Shown: one piece after another, positions 38,394-47,697 of the stretch | Numbering within the stretch: position 1 is the first letter of the stretch | Layout: each line of letters opens with the position of its first letter | Assembly: GCA_964467985.1 (NCBI GenBank) | Contig: CAYXTP010000004.1 | Location: 152,874-216,873 of the forward strand | DNA from: an uncultured Planctomycetaceae bacterium | Lineage (GTDB): Bacteria; Planctomycetota; UBA1135; GCA-002686595 | Length of the DNA: 64,000 nt | Direction: 5' to 3' | Program-made: the position numbers and the translations under genes | Notes under the pieces: model-generated | The model's input: the letters and a program-made list of their open reading frames with translations, nothing else | Told to the model about the DNA's origin: nothing | Database searches by the model: none

Positions 38394-39155
38394 CTAGCGG
38401 CGGTTCTCCTCGACGCCCTCGATGGCCCCGTCCTTCAAGCGCAAGATGCAATCGGCTCGGGCCCCCACAGAGGGCTCATGGGTCACGATCAAAATGGTCT
38501 TGCCCTCGTCATTTAGTTCATCAAACAGCTGCAAGATCTCATCAGCGGTCTTGCTGTCGAGATTGCCGGTAGCCTCGTCCGCTAGAATCAACGCGGGATC
38601 ATTGATCAATGAACGCGCGATGGCCACCCGTTGCTGCTGCCCTCCCGAGAGTTCGGTAGGACGGTGCGTGAGCCGATCCCCCAAACCGACGCGGTCAGCG
38701 AGTTGCCGCGCGCGGTCCTCGGACCCATCGGGAGGGTTTTCCCTGTAGAGCACGGGCATGAGAATGTTCTCGAGCACGTTGAGCTGCGGAATCAGGTTGT
38801 AGGACTGGAAGATGAAACCCAATTCACTTCCGCGCAGTTCCGACAACTGATCGTCGTCGAGTTGACTCACTGCTTTGCCGCGCACCCGGTACTCCCCCGT
38901 GGTGGGTCGATCGATACAACCGAGCAAGTTGAGCAGAGTGGACTTGCCGGAGCCCGAGCTGCCCATGACGGCCCAGTACTCTCCGCTCCGGAAGCTGAAA
39001 CTAAGATTGTCGAGAGCGCGCACCTCGTCTCCACCCATCGGGTACACACGTGAGACGTTCTCGAGCTGGGCTACAACCTGACGCTCTTCGGCGTGCTCAG
39101 CGTCCGGGAGCGCAAAAACGCCCCCGGGCGGTTCCTCCTCGGGGCCTGGGCTCAC
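38394..39155 (-). CDS. ABC transporter ATP-binding protein (MacB/LolD-type)
   Basis: Walker A GSSGSGKST, signature LSGGQQQRVAIARSL, Walker B LILADEATGNLD. Confidence 0.9.
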   Translation of the reverse strand: MSPGPEEEPPGGVFALPDAEHAEERQVVAQLENVSRVYPMGGDEVRALDNLSFSFRSGEYWAVMGSSGSGKSTLLNLLGCIDRPTTGEYRVRGKAVSQLDDDQLSELRGSELGFIFQSYNLIPQLNVLENILMPVLYRENPPDGSEDRARQLADRVGLGDRLTHRPTELSGGQQQRVAIARSLINDPALILADEATGNLDSKTADEILQLFDELNDEGKTILIVTHEPSVGARADCILRLKDGAIEGVEENRR

Positions 39156-40879
39156 TCCTCATCCCCACTCGCTCGAGATCCACGCCGTCCGCCAGCAGCG
39201 CCTTCGCGCATGCGCTGGATGGCCTGCGCGCGCTCCTCCTCGCTCATGCCTTCGAATCGCTTGCGCATCGCCGCGGCCTGCTCCGGTGAGAAACTGCCTG
39301 CACCCTCACCGCCCGACGGGCCCCCAGCGTTGGCCGGTGGGCCTGGAGCTGCAGGCGTGACAGGGGGCTCGGTGGGCTTGGTCGCAGCAACCCTGGAAGC
39401 AGCGGTCTCGGGCGCGGGTTCCGGCTCCCACGATGTGGGCGGGCTCAAGGCGACAATCTCGCCCTCCTGGAGCCCGGAGAGCACATGCACAAACTTGTTG
39501 TTGTCCTGCCCAACCGTGACCTTGCGTTTGTCCAGGCCCTTCTTCGTGTTGACGAAGCAAATCGGCTCACCTGCGTCCAGGAAAACTGACTGGCGCGGGA
39601 TGTAGAGAACGTCCGCCAAGTCCTCAACGAGAATCTCGATGCTACAGGACATGCCGGGTCGCATCTCGGGTACCTCGTCCTCCAGCGCGACCTCCGTGCG
39701 GTACAAGCGTTGGTTGGGGTTGCTCATCCAACTGCCCGAGTCGGCGACTGCGGCCACAGATGAAATCCGACCCTGGAACAGCTCTCCAGGCAAGGCATCC
39801 ACACTCACCAAGCAGGTGAGGCCCACCTGCACCTTGTCCAGCTTGGTCTCGTGCAGGCTCACGTCCGCCACCATTCCGCCAGCCCGCGGAATCGTGACAA
39901 TCGCCTGGCGTTCGTGCACCTCGCCTCCCTCTGTCGGCACCTCATTCGTCCCGTGGCGGCCGCGACTGCGCGCGTAGACCACGAGCCCATCTTCTGGGGC
40001 CAGCAGGATGCCTTTCGAAACTTGGTCCACCAGCTTGTCGTACTTCTCCCTCTGCCGTTCCAGCTCGCGCTTGGTAGAGCTACGCTCGGAGTCAAAATCG
40101 ACAAGCTTGGCGGCAGCCTGCTTGCGCACCACTTCTAGGTCTCGTCTGCGTGATTCCACGGCGGCAGAGAGTTCCTTGCGCTTGGCCTTGTCACCGAAGT
40201 TCTTCTTGAGGTTGCGGTTCCGAACCGCCTGATCGCGGGTGATTCGTTGCGACGTGACAGCCAGTTCATCCCCATCCAGCTCCGTCTTTTGAACAAACCC
40301 CTGGTCGTAGAGTTTGCGGGTCCACTGCAGTGTGTCTTCCGCCTGCTTGATGCGCTCCTCGGCGAGCACGATGGCCTCCTCGGCGGTGGCGAGTTCAACC
40401 TCCCACTCGCCCTCGGTCGCGGCATACGATTCGAGACTCAGCTCTGCCAGGTCGAGAGCCAGCACGGCCTCGGCCTCGTCACTGGCATTTTGAATGACCT
40501 GAATCCCGTACTGCTCTGTTGCTTTTGTCGAGGCAGCCTGCGCACGGTCCACGCTAATCGCCTGGTCGACGAGGCGATCCTGGTGACTGGACGTGTCGAG
40601 TTCGCAGATTACGTCGCCCACCGCGACCCGCGTACCCTCCTCGATCAGGTAGATGATGTTCGCTCGGCCTTCGAGCTCGTTGACCAACTGGGCTGCGTTC
40701 TTCGACTCCAGGTTGCCGCGCGCCAACTCAGAGATGCGCAGATCACCGCGGCGCACCGCAACGCCCTCAATCGCCCCAACTCCTTTGTCACCAAAGAAGC
40801 CGGCCGACGCAACAGCGTAGGTGGATGCAATCACGAGCAGGATTCCCACGAGCAGTTTTTGATTTCCAGTCCAGTTCAT
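39152..40879 (-). CDS. HlyD/MacA-family periplasmic adaptor with a low-complexity, charged C-terminal tail of about 95 aa
   Basis: N-terminal TM, a biotinyl-lipoyl-like segment (GDVICELD), a long coiled coil and a beta-barrel region. The start is taken at MNWTGNQK, 4 nt after the TolC stop. Confidence 0.85.
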   Translation of the reverse strand: MNWTGNQKLLVGILLVIASTYAVASAGFFGDKGVGAIEGVAVRRGDLRISELARGNLESKNAAQLVNELEGRANIIYLIEEGTRVAVGDVICELDTSSHQDRLVDQAISVDRAQAASTKATEQYGIQVIQNASDEAEAVLALDLAELSLESYAATEGEWEVELATAEEAIVLAEERIKQAEDTLQWTRKLYDQGFVQKTELDGDELAVTSQRITRDQAVRNRNLKKNFGDKAKRKELSAAVESRRRDLEVVRKQAAAKLVDFDSERSSTKRELERQREKYDKLVDQVSKGILLAPEDGLVVYARSRGRHGTNEVPTEGGEVHERQAIVTIPRAGGMVADVSLHETKLDKVQVGLTCLVSVDALPGELFQGRISSVAAVADSGSWMSNPNQRLYRTEVALEDEVPEMRPGMSCSIEILVEDLADVLYIPRQSVFLDAGEPICFVNTKKGLDKRKVTVGQDNNKFVHVLSGLQEGEIVALSPPTSWEPEPAPETAASRVAATKPTEPPVTPAAPGPPANAGGPSGGEGAGSFSPEQAAAMRKRFEGMSEEERAQAIQRMREGAAGGRRGSRASGDEE

Positions 40880-40883
40880 CGCT

Positions 40884-42479
40884 TTACTCCAGAGGCTCTT
40901 GAAGAAGATCGGGGTGCACATGGATGCCCCCCTCGTCGACGCGCAGGGTTTCGAGCTCCAAATGGAGATCGAGTCGCGCGAGGTTGAATTGAATCAAGGA
41001 TGCGGTGGCACTGTTTTCGGCTCGCACCAGGTCGGCTTGTGCGTCGAGCAAGGTCACCGTATCGACACGACCGGCCTCCAGGGTGAGCTTGGTGCCGTCC
41101 AGGCGCCGACGGGCCGAGACCACGGCGCCCTTTTGAATCCTCGTGCTCATCTCGGCCTCGCGCACTGCCCGCAGCGCGTCCCGAACACTGGCTCGGATCG
41201 AATCCTGGTCTTGGCCCAAGTTGCGCTCGTCCGTAGCAAGGGTGATTTGGCTAGAGCGCATGGCGTTGCGTTCAGGTAGACGATCGATTGGCAGGTCGAG
41301 AGCGAGACTCGCGGTCCAATCCGTGTCCTGAAAGCGAAAGTCCTGGAGATCCCCCCCATCACTGGGAGGACTGCCCGCGACGTTCATGGAGAGCCCAGCC
41401 CGCAGGGCGTCCTCGGCGATGACCAAGCGTCGCCTGGAATCATCTACGCGGTCGCAAGCCGTCAAGTAGTCCAGGCGGTTATCGAGGGCGTAGGCCACTG
41501 AGACTGTTTCGTCGAGCTGATCCAGACTCGGATCCGACTCGACCAAGCCCTCAAATTCCGAAGGATCGAGCTGCAATTCCACGCCAATGGGAAGGCCCAG
41601 GAAGAGGTTGAATTGGTCCCACTCCCGAGCCAATCCGGCGCGCAACGAGATCAAGCGATCCTCCGAGTCCAACTCCCGTTGCAAAGCCTCGGCAGCTTGG
41701 ATGTCCGACATCCGGCCCGCTGCAGCAAGCGTGCTATTGCGCTCACTCAAGGCCACAAGATCCTGGTAGTTGCGCTCCTCGTTCTTGACCTCGTCAGTTG
41801 ACTGAAGCAAGCCGTAGACGCGCCGGGCCACATCCACCGCATAGGTTCGACGGAAGCGCTCGTAGTTGCGAACCGCGTACACAAGATTGCGTTCCGCTTG
41901 GGTCAGGGGCTCGAGCGCGATGGCTCTGCCCGCGCCACGCATGAGTGGTTGGGTAATCGAAAGAGACAGGTTGACAGCTTCAGACCAGGGGTTGCCACCC
42001 GACACGACCCGAAACAGATTCGATCCCAAGCTGGTGACGATGGACGCCCCTGTTCCGAGAAAGCGGGTGAATCCGACCGATCCGTCGAGAGTCACATCCG
42101 AGGCCTCATCTCCGCTGCCATTGGCCGTGGCGGACGCATCGCCAAAGAACTGAAAGGAGTAACGCCAGCGCTCAAGACTTAGGTCGAGCGCACTGCGGTA
42201 AAGGATCTCGCGCTGGGATTGAATCAGTCGGCTATTCTCGGCTGCGATTTCCAGGCAGTCGACGAGCCCCAGGGCCGGCCCGGATTCCCATTCCCCACTC
42301 AGAATCCGTTGCCGAAGGCTGCCCTCTGCAGGTGCTATCGAAAAGTTGCCCGACTCGCCAAAGAGCTCCTCGCGGCGCTCCAACACCATGGCGTAGACCT
42401 CTTCATCGGCTTCCGCACGATAAGCGTCGGCCGACTTGCACGAGGCCGAGCACAGGGGCAGCGCCAGCAAGAAAGCCAT
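40884..42479 (-). CDS. TolC-family outer-membrane efflux protein
   Basis: Two OEP-type repeats with long coiled-coil segments, and first position in the adaptor/ATPase/permease operon. The start is taken at MAFLLALPL; the ORF track extends to 42548. Confidence 0.8.
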   Translation of the reverse strand: MAFLLALPLCSASCKSADAYRAEADEEVYAMVLERREELFGESGNFSIAPAEGSLRQRILSGEWESGPALGLVDCLEIAAENSRLIQSQREILYRSALDLSLERWRYSFQFFGDASATANGSGDEASDVTLDGSVGFTRFLGTGASIVTSLGSNLFRVVSGGNPWSEAVNLSLSITQPLMRGAGRAIALEPLTQAERNLVYAVRNYERFRRTYAVDVARRVYGLLQSTDEVKNEERNYQDLVALSERNSTLAAAGRMSDIQAAEALQRELDSEDRLISLRAGLAREWDQFNLFLGLPIGVELQLDPSEFEGLVESDPSLDQLDETVSVAYALDNRLDYLTACDRVDDSRRRLVIAEDALRAGLSMNVAGSPPSDGGDLQDFRFQDTDWTASLALDLPIDRLPERNAMRSSQITLATDERNLGQDQDSIRASVRDALRAVREAEMSTRIQKGAVVSARRRLDGTKLTLEAGRVDTVTLLDAQADLVRAENSATASLIQFNLARLDLHLELETLRVDEGGIHVHPDLLQEPLE

Positions 42480-42986
42480 GGAGGCAGAGCGGCCGCCAGG
42501 GATCACACCAAGGGGGCGATGCAGCGAAGAGGGCAGGTAGTTGCGCAAGAAATCAGACCGTGGTCATGGGCCGACCGAAAGTCAGCCAGTGGCATATGAA
42601 CTAAATACTAGCAGTTCCACGCCTACGCAAACTACGTCACGGGCGGGGATGGGAGCCAATTCTCAGCCTGCACTCAGATCTTGCGTGGTCCTTGCATTCC
42701 GCTTGCGACCGGTGGAATGAGTGTTGGGAAGGTGGGTCTTGGTCGGAGAACTTGCTGGACTCTCTTCCGATTAGCATTCCAAGTTTGGGCCTGATTTTGG
42801 CCCTCCAGAATCGAGACAGGTGACGAACTGACCCGCCACACAAAGGAACCGCCTCGAGGCACACGCCAAGCGCACCTCGCGAATCGAGCCGCTTGACCTC
42901 CAGCATCTGTAGCGTGCGCGAGATCCGATTCGCTCTGCATCTCGGCCGCTGAGCCCGCGCGGACTCAAGGGCTTCGCACCTAGCCG

Positions 42987-43748
42987 CTATTCCCTGTGCG
43001 AGCTGGGCTTGCTCGGTTTCTCCGACCAGGCAGCGGAGAGAGACCGATAGCGTTGTTCTGGCACGGTCCGGGCGAAGCGGCCCGACGGCCACTGTCGCTC
43101 AACTAGCTGCGAGCCCTTGAAGGTCCATAGCCCCAGTATCTCTCCGTGCTCGTTCACCATGCGCAAGGCCCGCAGTGAACGCGGCTCGCCCGCCAGGCTT
43201 GCGGATTCGGGAGCCGCTTCCAGCACTACGGACTCCACTCCCATTTGTTGAGGCAACACCACATCGCAAGCGCGATCGGAGCCACTCGGAGCGCGCATCG
43301 ACTCGAGCACTTGCATGGGGAAGAGTGTCGACGGGGAAACCGGCAGGCTCGCCCGTTGGGCGAGTCCGCCGCCCCAGGTCAGGAGGTCCAGGCTATCAGC
43401 TCCCCGAGTGCCCTCGAGGATCCAAGTTTGGCCGCCTTGAATGGGGTGGCCCCACTCGCGCCGAATGAACCTACGTTGCTCTCCGCGCCAGCGTTCAGAC
43501 TCGAATACGCGCACACCGTCGGGGAAGATCAGGTCCTGCTCGAGCAGCATGCCCCCCACGACTGCAGTTCGTCTCAGAGCCATGATGCCCACTGGCTCGG
43601 GAGACTCCGGATCTGTGAGTACGAAGTACTCGCGCAGGTTCTCACGGCCCCCTAGGCCCGGCTCCGCCCCTGGCCCAGTCGCGCTGGCGGAGAGGGTCGA
43701 TGAGAGCAGGCAGGCACTCAGGCAAGCTGAAGTCCAGAATGTAGACAT
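42987..43748 (-). CDS. Secreted hypothetical protein
   Basis: Signal peptide MSTFWTSACLSACLLSSTLSASA from the internal ATG. I recognise no family. The gene lies 58 nt downstream of the polytopic membrane protein pair. Confidence 0.5.
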   Translation of the reverse strand: MSTFWTSACLSACLLSSTLSASATGPGAEPGLGGRENLREYFVLTDPESPEPVGIMALRRTAVVGGMLLEQDLIFPDGVRVFESERWRGEQRRFIRREWGHPIQGGQTWILEGTRGADSLDLLTWGGGLAQRASLPVSPSTLFPMQVLESMRAPSGSDRACDVVLPQQMGVESVVLEAAPESASLAGEPRSLRALRMVNEHGEILGLWTFKGSQLVERQWPSGRFARTVPEQRYRSLSAAWSEKPSKPSSHRE

Positions 43749-43806
43749 GCCAGGACTGCCATCGACCCTTGGTGCCAAATCCTTGAGCAATCGTCCCGCA
43801 ATGGCC

Positions 43807-45531
43807 CTAGGTGCGCATTTCCACCATCCCCTTGAGGGATAGATACAGGCCTAGAATGGCCAGGGCTCCAAGGGCGACGAAGGCGGCCCAGGGTGTGCCC
43901 CCCAGGCGTTGCCGCAGGTCGACCCAAGCCAAGTGACGAAAACCCTCCTGCGCGGGGCGAGAGAGGCTGAGGGGCGCGAGGCCCTGCACTCCGAAGAGCA
44001 CCTGTGCATCGTAGCTTTCGCCCAGACCTGCCGCTCGTTGTCGCACAATACGCCAACGCGCCCAGGGGGCGGCGAAGTCCATTGCCCAATGCAGCGGCTC
44101 CAAATCATCGTTCGCGAGTTCTTCGCCCCCTGCGTTGTTTGAGTCGGACCCAAGACTCGGCTTCGCCTGGAGCGCCAGGTCGAGATGGGTCGCAGTACTG
44201 ACCAAGACTCCGGGCAATTGAATCACTACGCCCAAGACGAACAATCCCATGACCCCTGCGCGGCCCATGGGTCGGCTCTGTGCGTGCCTCAAGCCCAGCG
44301 CCACGGCCAACCAAAGGAAAGGCAGTGCCGGCAGGAGCAGGCGTGGGCCGTAGGTCCAGCCACCGTGCCAGGCCGGGGAGCTTACGGCCGTCAGCAACAT
44401 CCCGCAGAACACGGCTAGCACGACTCGTTCCAGCAAGCGTTCTCCGCGGCGCCGGGCACGGGCCAAGCCGAAGGGCACAATCAGCACGAGAGGCGCCATC
44501 CAGACCAGTCCATGGCCCGGTGAGATCAGGAGTCCAGCGAGCGCAGAAGGCCATGAAGCGAGCGGTGCGAGTCCTTCGGGCCTAGGCGCTGCCCACGATC
44601 CGGTGCGAGTGTGGCCAATCCAACTCAGGACTCCTAGGCCCACGGCCATCGGGAGCAGCAACGCACTCATGAGGGTTCGTCGCGACGGCCCCAGATCCGG
44701 ACCTGGGTCCGACTTCCTGTGATCTGAGCCAACCAGCCCGCGAGTCACGATCACTTCAGTCGCTGCGCACAGGACCAGTACTGCGGGCAGGGTGTCCAGA
44801 CGCGTCAGCCAGGTCAGTGTCAGTGCCAACCCCAGTACGAAGAATTCCCAAGTAGCGGGAGGCTCCAGGCGTGTCAGCCGCGCCCGCACTCGCAGCAGGA
44901 GGTGAAAGGACAGGAACAACAGGAACGTAGCCTGGACATCGGCCAGCCCCGTGCGCGACTGCGACCAGGCGAAGGTCGACAGGCCGTACGAGAAGGCGGC
45001 AAACCATGCATGCGATCGACTGACCCGGAGGCGCCGCGCGGCGAGCACCAGCAAGAACGCCGTGAGGGCCGTGAACAACGGCCCTCTCCAGCACAGCAGC
45101 CAGTGGGCGAAGTACTCAGAAAAGGCCCAATCCGGGTCCTGCGTTTCTTGATGGCGCTGCTCAAGGCGTGGAACCACGGCAGCGATACAGCGTCCAGCCC
45201 AGTAGAACGGCACACCCACCAGGGCCTGTCCAGGGCCGCATTTGGGAAACAGGACCCGATCGCCCGTGCCCACCGATGCCTGAAGAAATCGAGTGCCTGG
45301 AGGAAAGGGGAGGGTCTGTCCCTGTAGCCGCGCAACCTCCTGAGAAGAGGCCAAGGCCCACGTGCCCGTCGTGGCCAATGCCCGAGTGGCCTGGAATTCG
45401 ACCTCACCTCGAGGCCCCTCGGGCAGCCCGCTGAAAGTCAACGTGAACAAGGCCAGCAGCACGCACAACACTCCGCTTGCGAGAACTCGATCTTCTTTGC
45501 GTGCAGGATCCCGGGTGATATAGGGACTCAT
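43807..45531 (-). CDS. Polytopic membrane protein, GT-C-fold glycosyltransferase-like (ArnT/PMT-like); tentative
   Basis: At least 10 hydrophobic segments. The first loop after TM1 carries acidic residues followed by an A..L...G pattern (GEVEFQATRALATTG), resembling the GT-C first-loop motif. Its ATG overlaps the upstream stop as ATGA (plus-strand tcat at 45528-45531). Confidence 0.55.
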   Translation of the reverse strand: MSPYITRDPARKEDRVLASGVLCVLLALFTLTFSGLPEGPRGEVEFQATRALATTGTWALASSQEVARLQGQTLPFPPGTRFLQASVGTGDRVLFPKCGPGQALVGVPFYWAGRCIAAVVPRLEQRHQETQDPDWAFSEYFAHWLLCWRGPLFTALTAFLLVLAARRLRVSRSHAWFAAFSYGLSTFAWSQSRTGLADVQATFLLFLSFHLLLRVRARLTRLEPPATWEFFVLGLALTLTWLTRLDTLPAVLVLCAATEVIVTRGLVGSDHRKSDPGPDLGPSRRTLMSALLLPMAVGLGVLSWIGHTRTGSWAAPRPEGLAPLASWPSALAGLLISPGHGLVWMAPLVLIVPFGLARARRRGERLLERVVLAVFCGMLLTAVSSPAWHGGWTYGPRLLLPALPFLWLAVALGLRHAQSRPMGRAGVMGLFVLGVVIQLPGVLVSTATHLDLALQAKPSLGSDSNNAGGEELANDDLEPLHWAMDFAAPWARWRIVRQRAAGLGESYDAQVLFGVQGLAPLSLSRPAQEGFRHLAWVDLRQRLGGTPWAAFVALGALAILGLYLSLKGMVEMRT

Positions 45532-47609
45532 CGCAGTTTCCGCCCGCCTTGCTCGGGGGACCAACTAAACAGGGCCACGCTGCCGACTCGCAAGCTCTCC
45601 CGCGCTCCCCATCGAACGAGCTCCTTTTCGATGAAGCCCCGGGTCTGCAGACGATCTTGCTCCGTGACGATGAAAATCACCGGGCGGTCCAGACCGACCA
45701 ATTCGCGCATGCGGTTGATCGTCACTCCATCGGTCCGCTTGTACATCGCCTGGGTGGCCTCATGCCGAGCCCTCCAACTGGAAACTCCCAGTGCGACCGC
45801 TTCAAACCGGTCGACCCACAGTGGCATGTCCGCGTAGAGCGTGGCCGGATCGGGCAAGACGGGCCCTTGCGCAGCCTCTTCGACTCTCCGTACAAGAATC
45901 GGACGCAAATCGCGGAGCGGATACTCCTCCCGCAACCAGTGGTAGGCTTGTGCAAGGTGTCGACGTTGCGCGCCCTGGGCGACCCGTTCCTCTTCGCGCG
46001 TTGCCACGACGAGCTTGGGGAGCGTTCCGTCACCAGGGGCCTCGTCAGCGCTCAAGAATGCGGGAGTCACGTGGTGTTTGCCTTCGAGCACCGGCGCAAC
46101 CTCCTGCGCCCAGTCGAGCAACTCTGCAGCCCCATGTGCCTTCGTCCACGCACCACCGCCCAGAGCAAGTAGCGCAAGGGCGACTGAAACTGAACGCCAT
46201 GCGCCACGCCTGTCCCAGGCGCTCACCAGTCCGCCCGCGGCCAGAATGCCGAGCACCAACCCACTGCATCGGCCTAGGGCAATCTCCGACCAAGCGGGCG
46301 CGAAGGCGACGGCCACGAGGGGTACGGCGGCGCAAAGCCATAGCCAGCGCAGTAGAAGCCGTTGGTCTCCAGCTTGGCCAGCGTCCTCACCTCCAAGCCC
46401 CAGGCTCTCGCGCCCAAGAGCGGCGCAAGCGAGCAGCAGCGGTAAGCTCGAGACAACCACAGCCGCCAAGCTACCTGAATCGAGTGCGTTACCCACCTGG
46501 GGACTCGCGGCCAAAGTGAACCGGCTGGCGAGGTAGAGCCCGGGCAGCAAGGCCAGTCCGAGGAAGAGGAGCAGGCGCGTGTGACCGGCTCGCCGCCCAA
46601 TGCCTGCGCCAAGCGCCGTGGCGAGCGCTGCGCAGGCGCCCAGGGGAGGGTGCATGCAGAAGGCAAGCCCGTGGCAAAGCGCGCAGAGCCCCACCCATGG
46701 CCGCATCCCGTGTCGCAAGGCGTGGACAGCGGCCAGCCAGGCGCCGATTGCGAAGAGCAGAGCCGCTGCTCCTCCCCCACCGGGCAGGAAGAGCTTCGTT
46801 TCGACGGGCGTTCCCAATCCCAAGCTGCCTGCGAACACGCCCAGTGCATTCCACCCGACGAGCCCCAAGAAAGAACCCAACAGAGACCGGCGCCACTCCC
46901 CCCACAGCGCCGCGGCCATCAGGTAGAGCATTGTTGGCAGTAAAGCCAAACACCACACGTCAATCAACGCGGCGGCCAGTGTGGGGGCCAGTCGGAGAGC
47001 GCCGGCCACGGTGGCCACGAAAGCCGCCGGTGCCGGGTGGTGCAGCAAGGGACTGCCTGCCAGCCAAGGGTTTTCCAAGCCACCACCACGGAGCAAACTG
47101 CGCGCGACTCCCGCTTGCCAAATGGCGCCGTCTGCCTCAATGCGGATTCCGTTGCCAGCCCCCAACAGCAATGCACTCCAGATGCCGGCCAATGCGAGGG
47201 ATATCCCGAGCGCCCCGATCGCGGCCTTGCCCGCATTCTGTATTCGCAGCTCACCCCGCAGGCCGGTCAGTTGGAGTAGCGCGAGGCACCCCAGGGTCAC
47301 GGGCCAAAGGAGATCCAAGCTCACGAACTGCTGGAGCCCGGCCGCGAGAACACCGACCAGTGGAACGGAAAGCACACTGGAGAACACGAGCAGTTTGAGC
47401 AGTGACGGCTGACCCGGAGTCCACCGCACCAAGATGGGCAGACCGGCACCGCCGAAGACGACAAGTCCGGCCGTCAGCCGTACGACGCTTAGAGGCAGTC
47501 GGTCCAGGTGCCCCAGCGCCGCGAGGCCAGCGCATAGCGCCAGAATCAGTGCCGGCATGGCCATCGAACGGGAAGGTCCAGACTCGTCGGAGGTCATCGG
47601 GACATGCAA
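45528..47609 (-). CDS. Polytopic membrane protein with a soluble C-terminal domain of about 230 aa, function unknown
   Basis: About 450 aa of Ala/Leu/Gly-rich TM segments, then a hydrophilic domain. It is translationally coupled to the downstream membrane protein. The exact start is uncertain (M1, M5 or M16). Confidence 0.55.
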   Translation of the reverse strand: MHVPMTSDESGPSRSMAMPALILALCAGLAALGHLDRLPLSVVRLTAGLVVFGGAGLPILVRWTPGQPSLLKLLVFSSVLSVPLVGVLAAGLQQFVSLDLLWPVTLGCLALLQLTGLRGELRIQNAGKAAIGALGISLALAGIWSALLLGAGNGIRIEADGAIWQAGVARSLLRGGGLENPWLAGSPLLHHPAPAAFVATVAGALRLAPTLAAALIDVWCLALLPTMLYLMAAALWGEWRRSLLGSFLGLVGWNALGVFAGSLGLGTPVETKLFLPGGGGAAALLFAIGAWLAAVHALRHGMRPWVGLCALCHGLAFCMHPPLGACAALATALGAGIGRRAGHTRLLLFLGLALLPGLYLASRFTLAASPQVGNALDSGSLAAVVVSSLPLLLACAALGRESLGLGGEDAGQAGDQRLLLRWLWLCAAVPLVAVAFAPAWSEIALGRCSGLVLGILAAGGLVSAWDRRGAWRSVSVALALLALGGGAWTKAHGAAELLDWAQEVAPVLEGKHHVTPAFLSADEAPGDGTLPKLVVATREEERVAQGAQRRHLAQAYHWLREEYPLRDLRPILVRRVEEAAQGPVLPDPATLYADMPLWVDRFEAVALGVSSWRARHEATQAMYKRTDGVTINRMRELVGLDRPVIFIVTEQDRLQTRGFIEKELVRWGARESLRVGSVALFSWSPEQGGRKLR

Positions 47610-47697
47610 TTGGAACGTCAGTCACGGGTGAAGCGGCATGATCGGGAATGCGTCGGACGATGTCGAGCGAGCACTCGCAGCGACCATCAGGCGCGGC

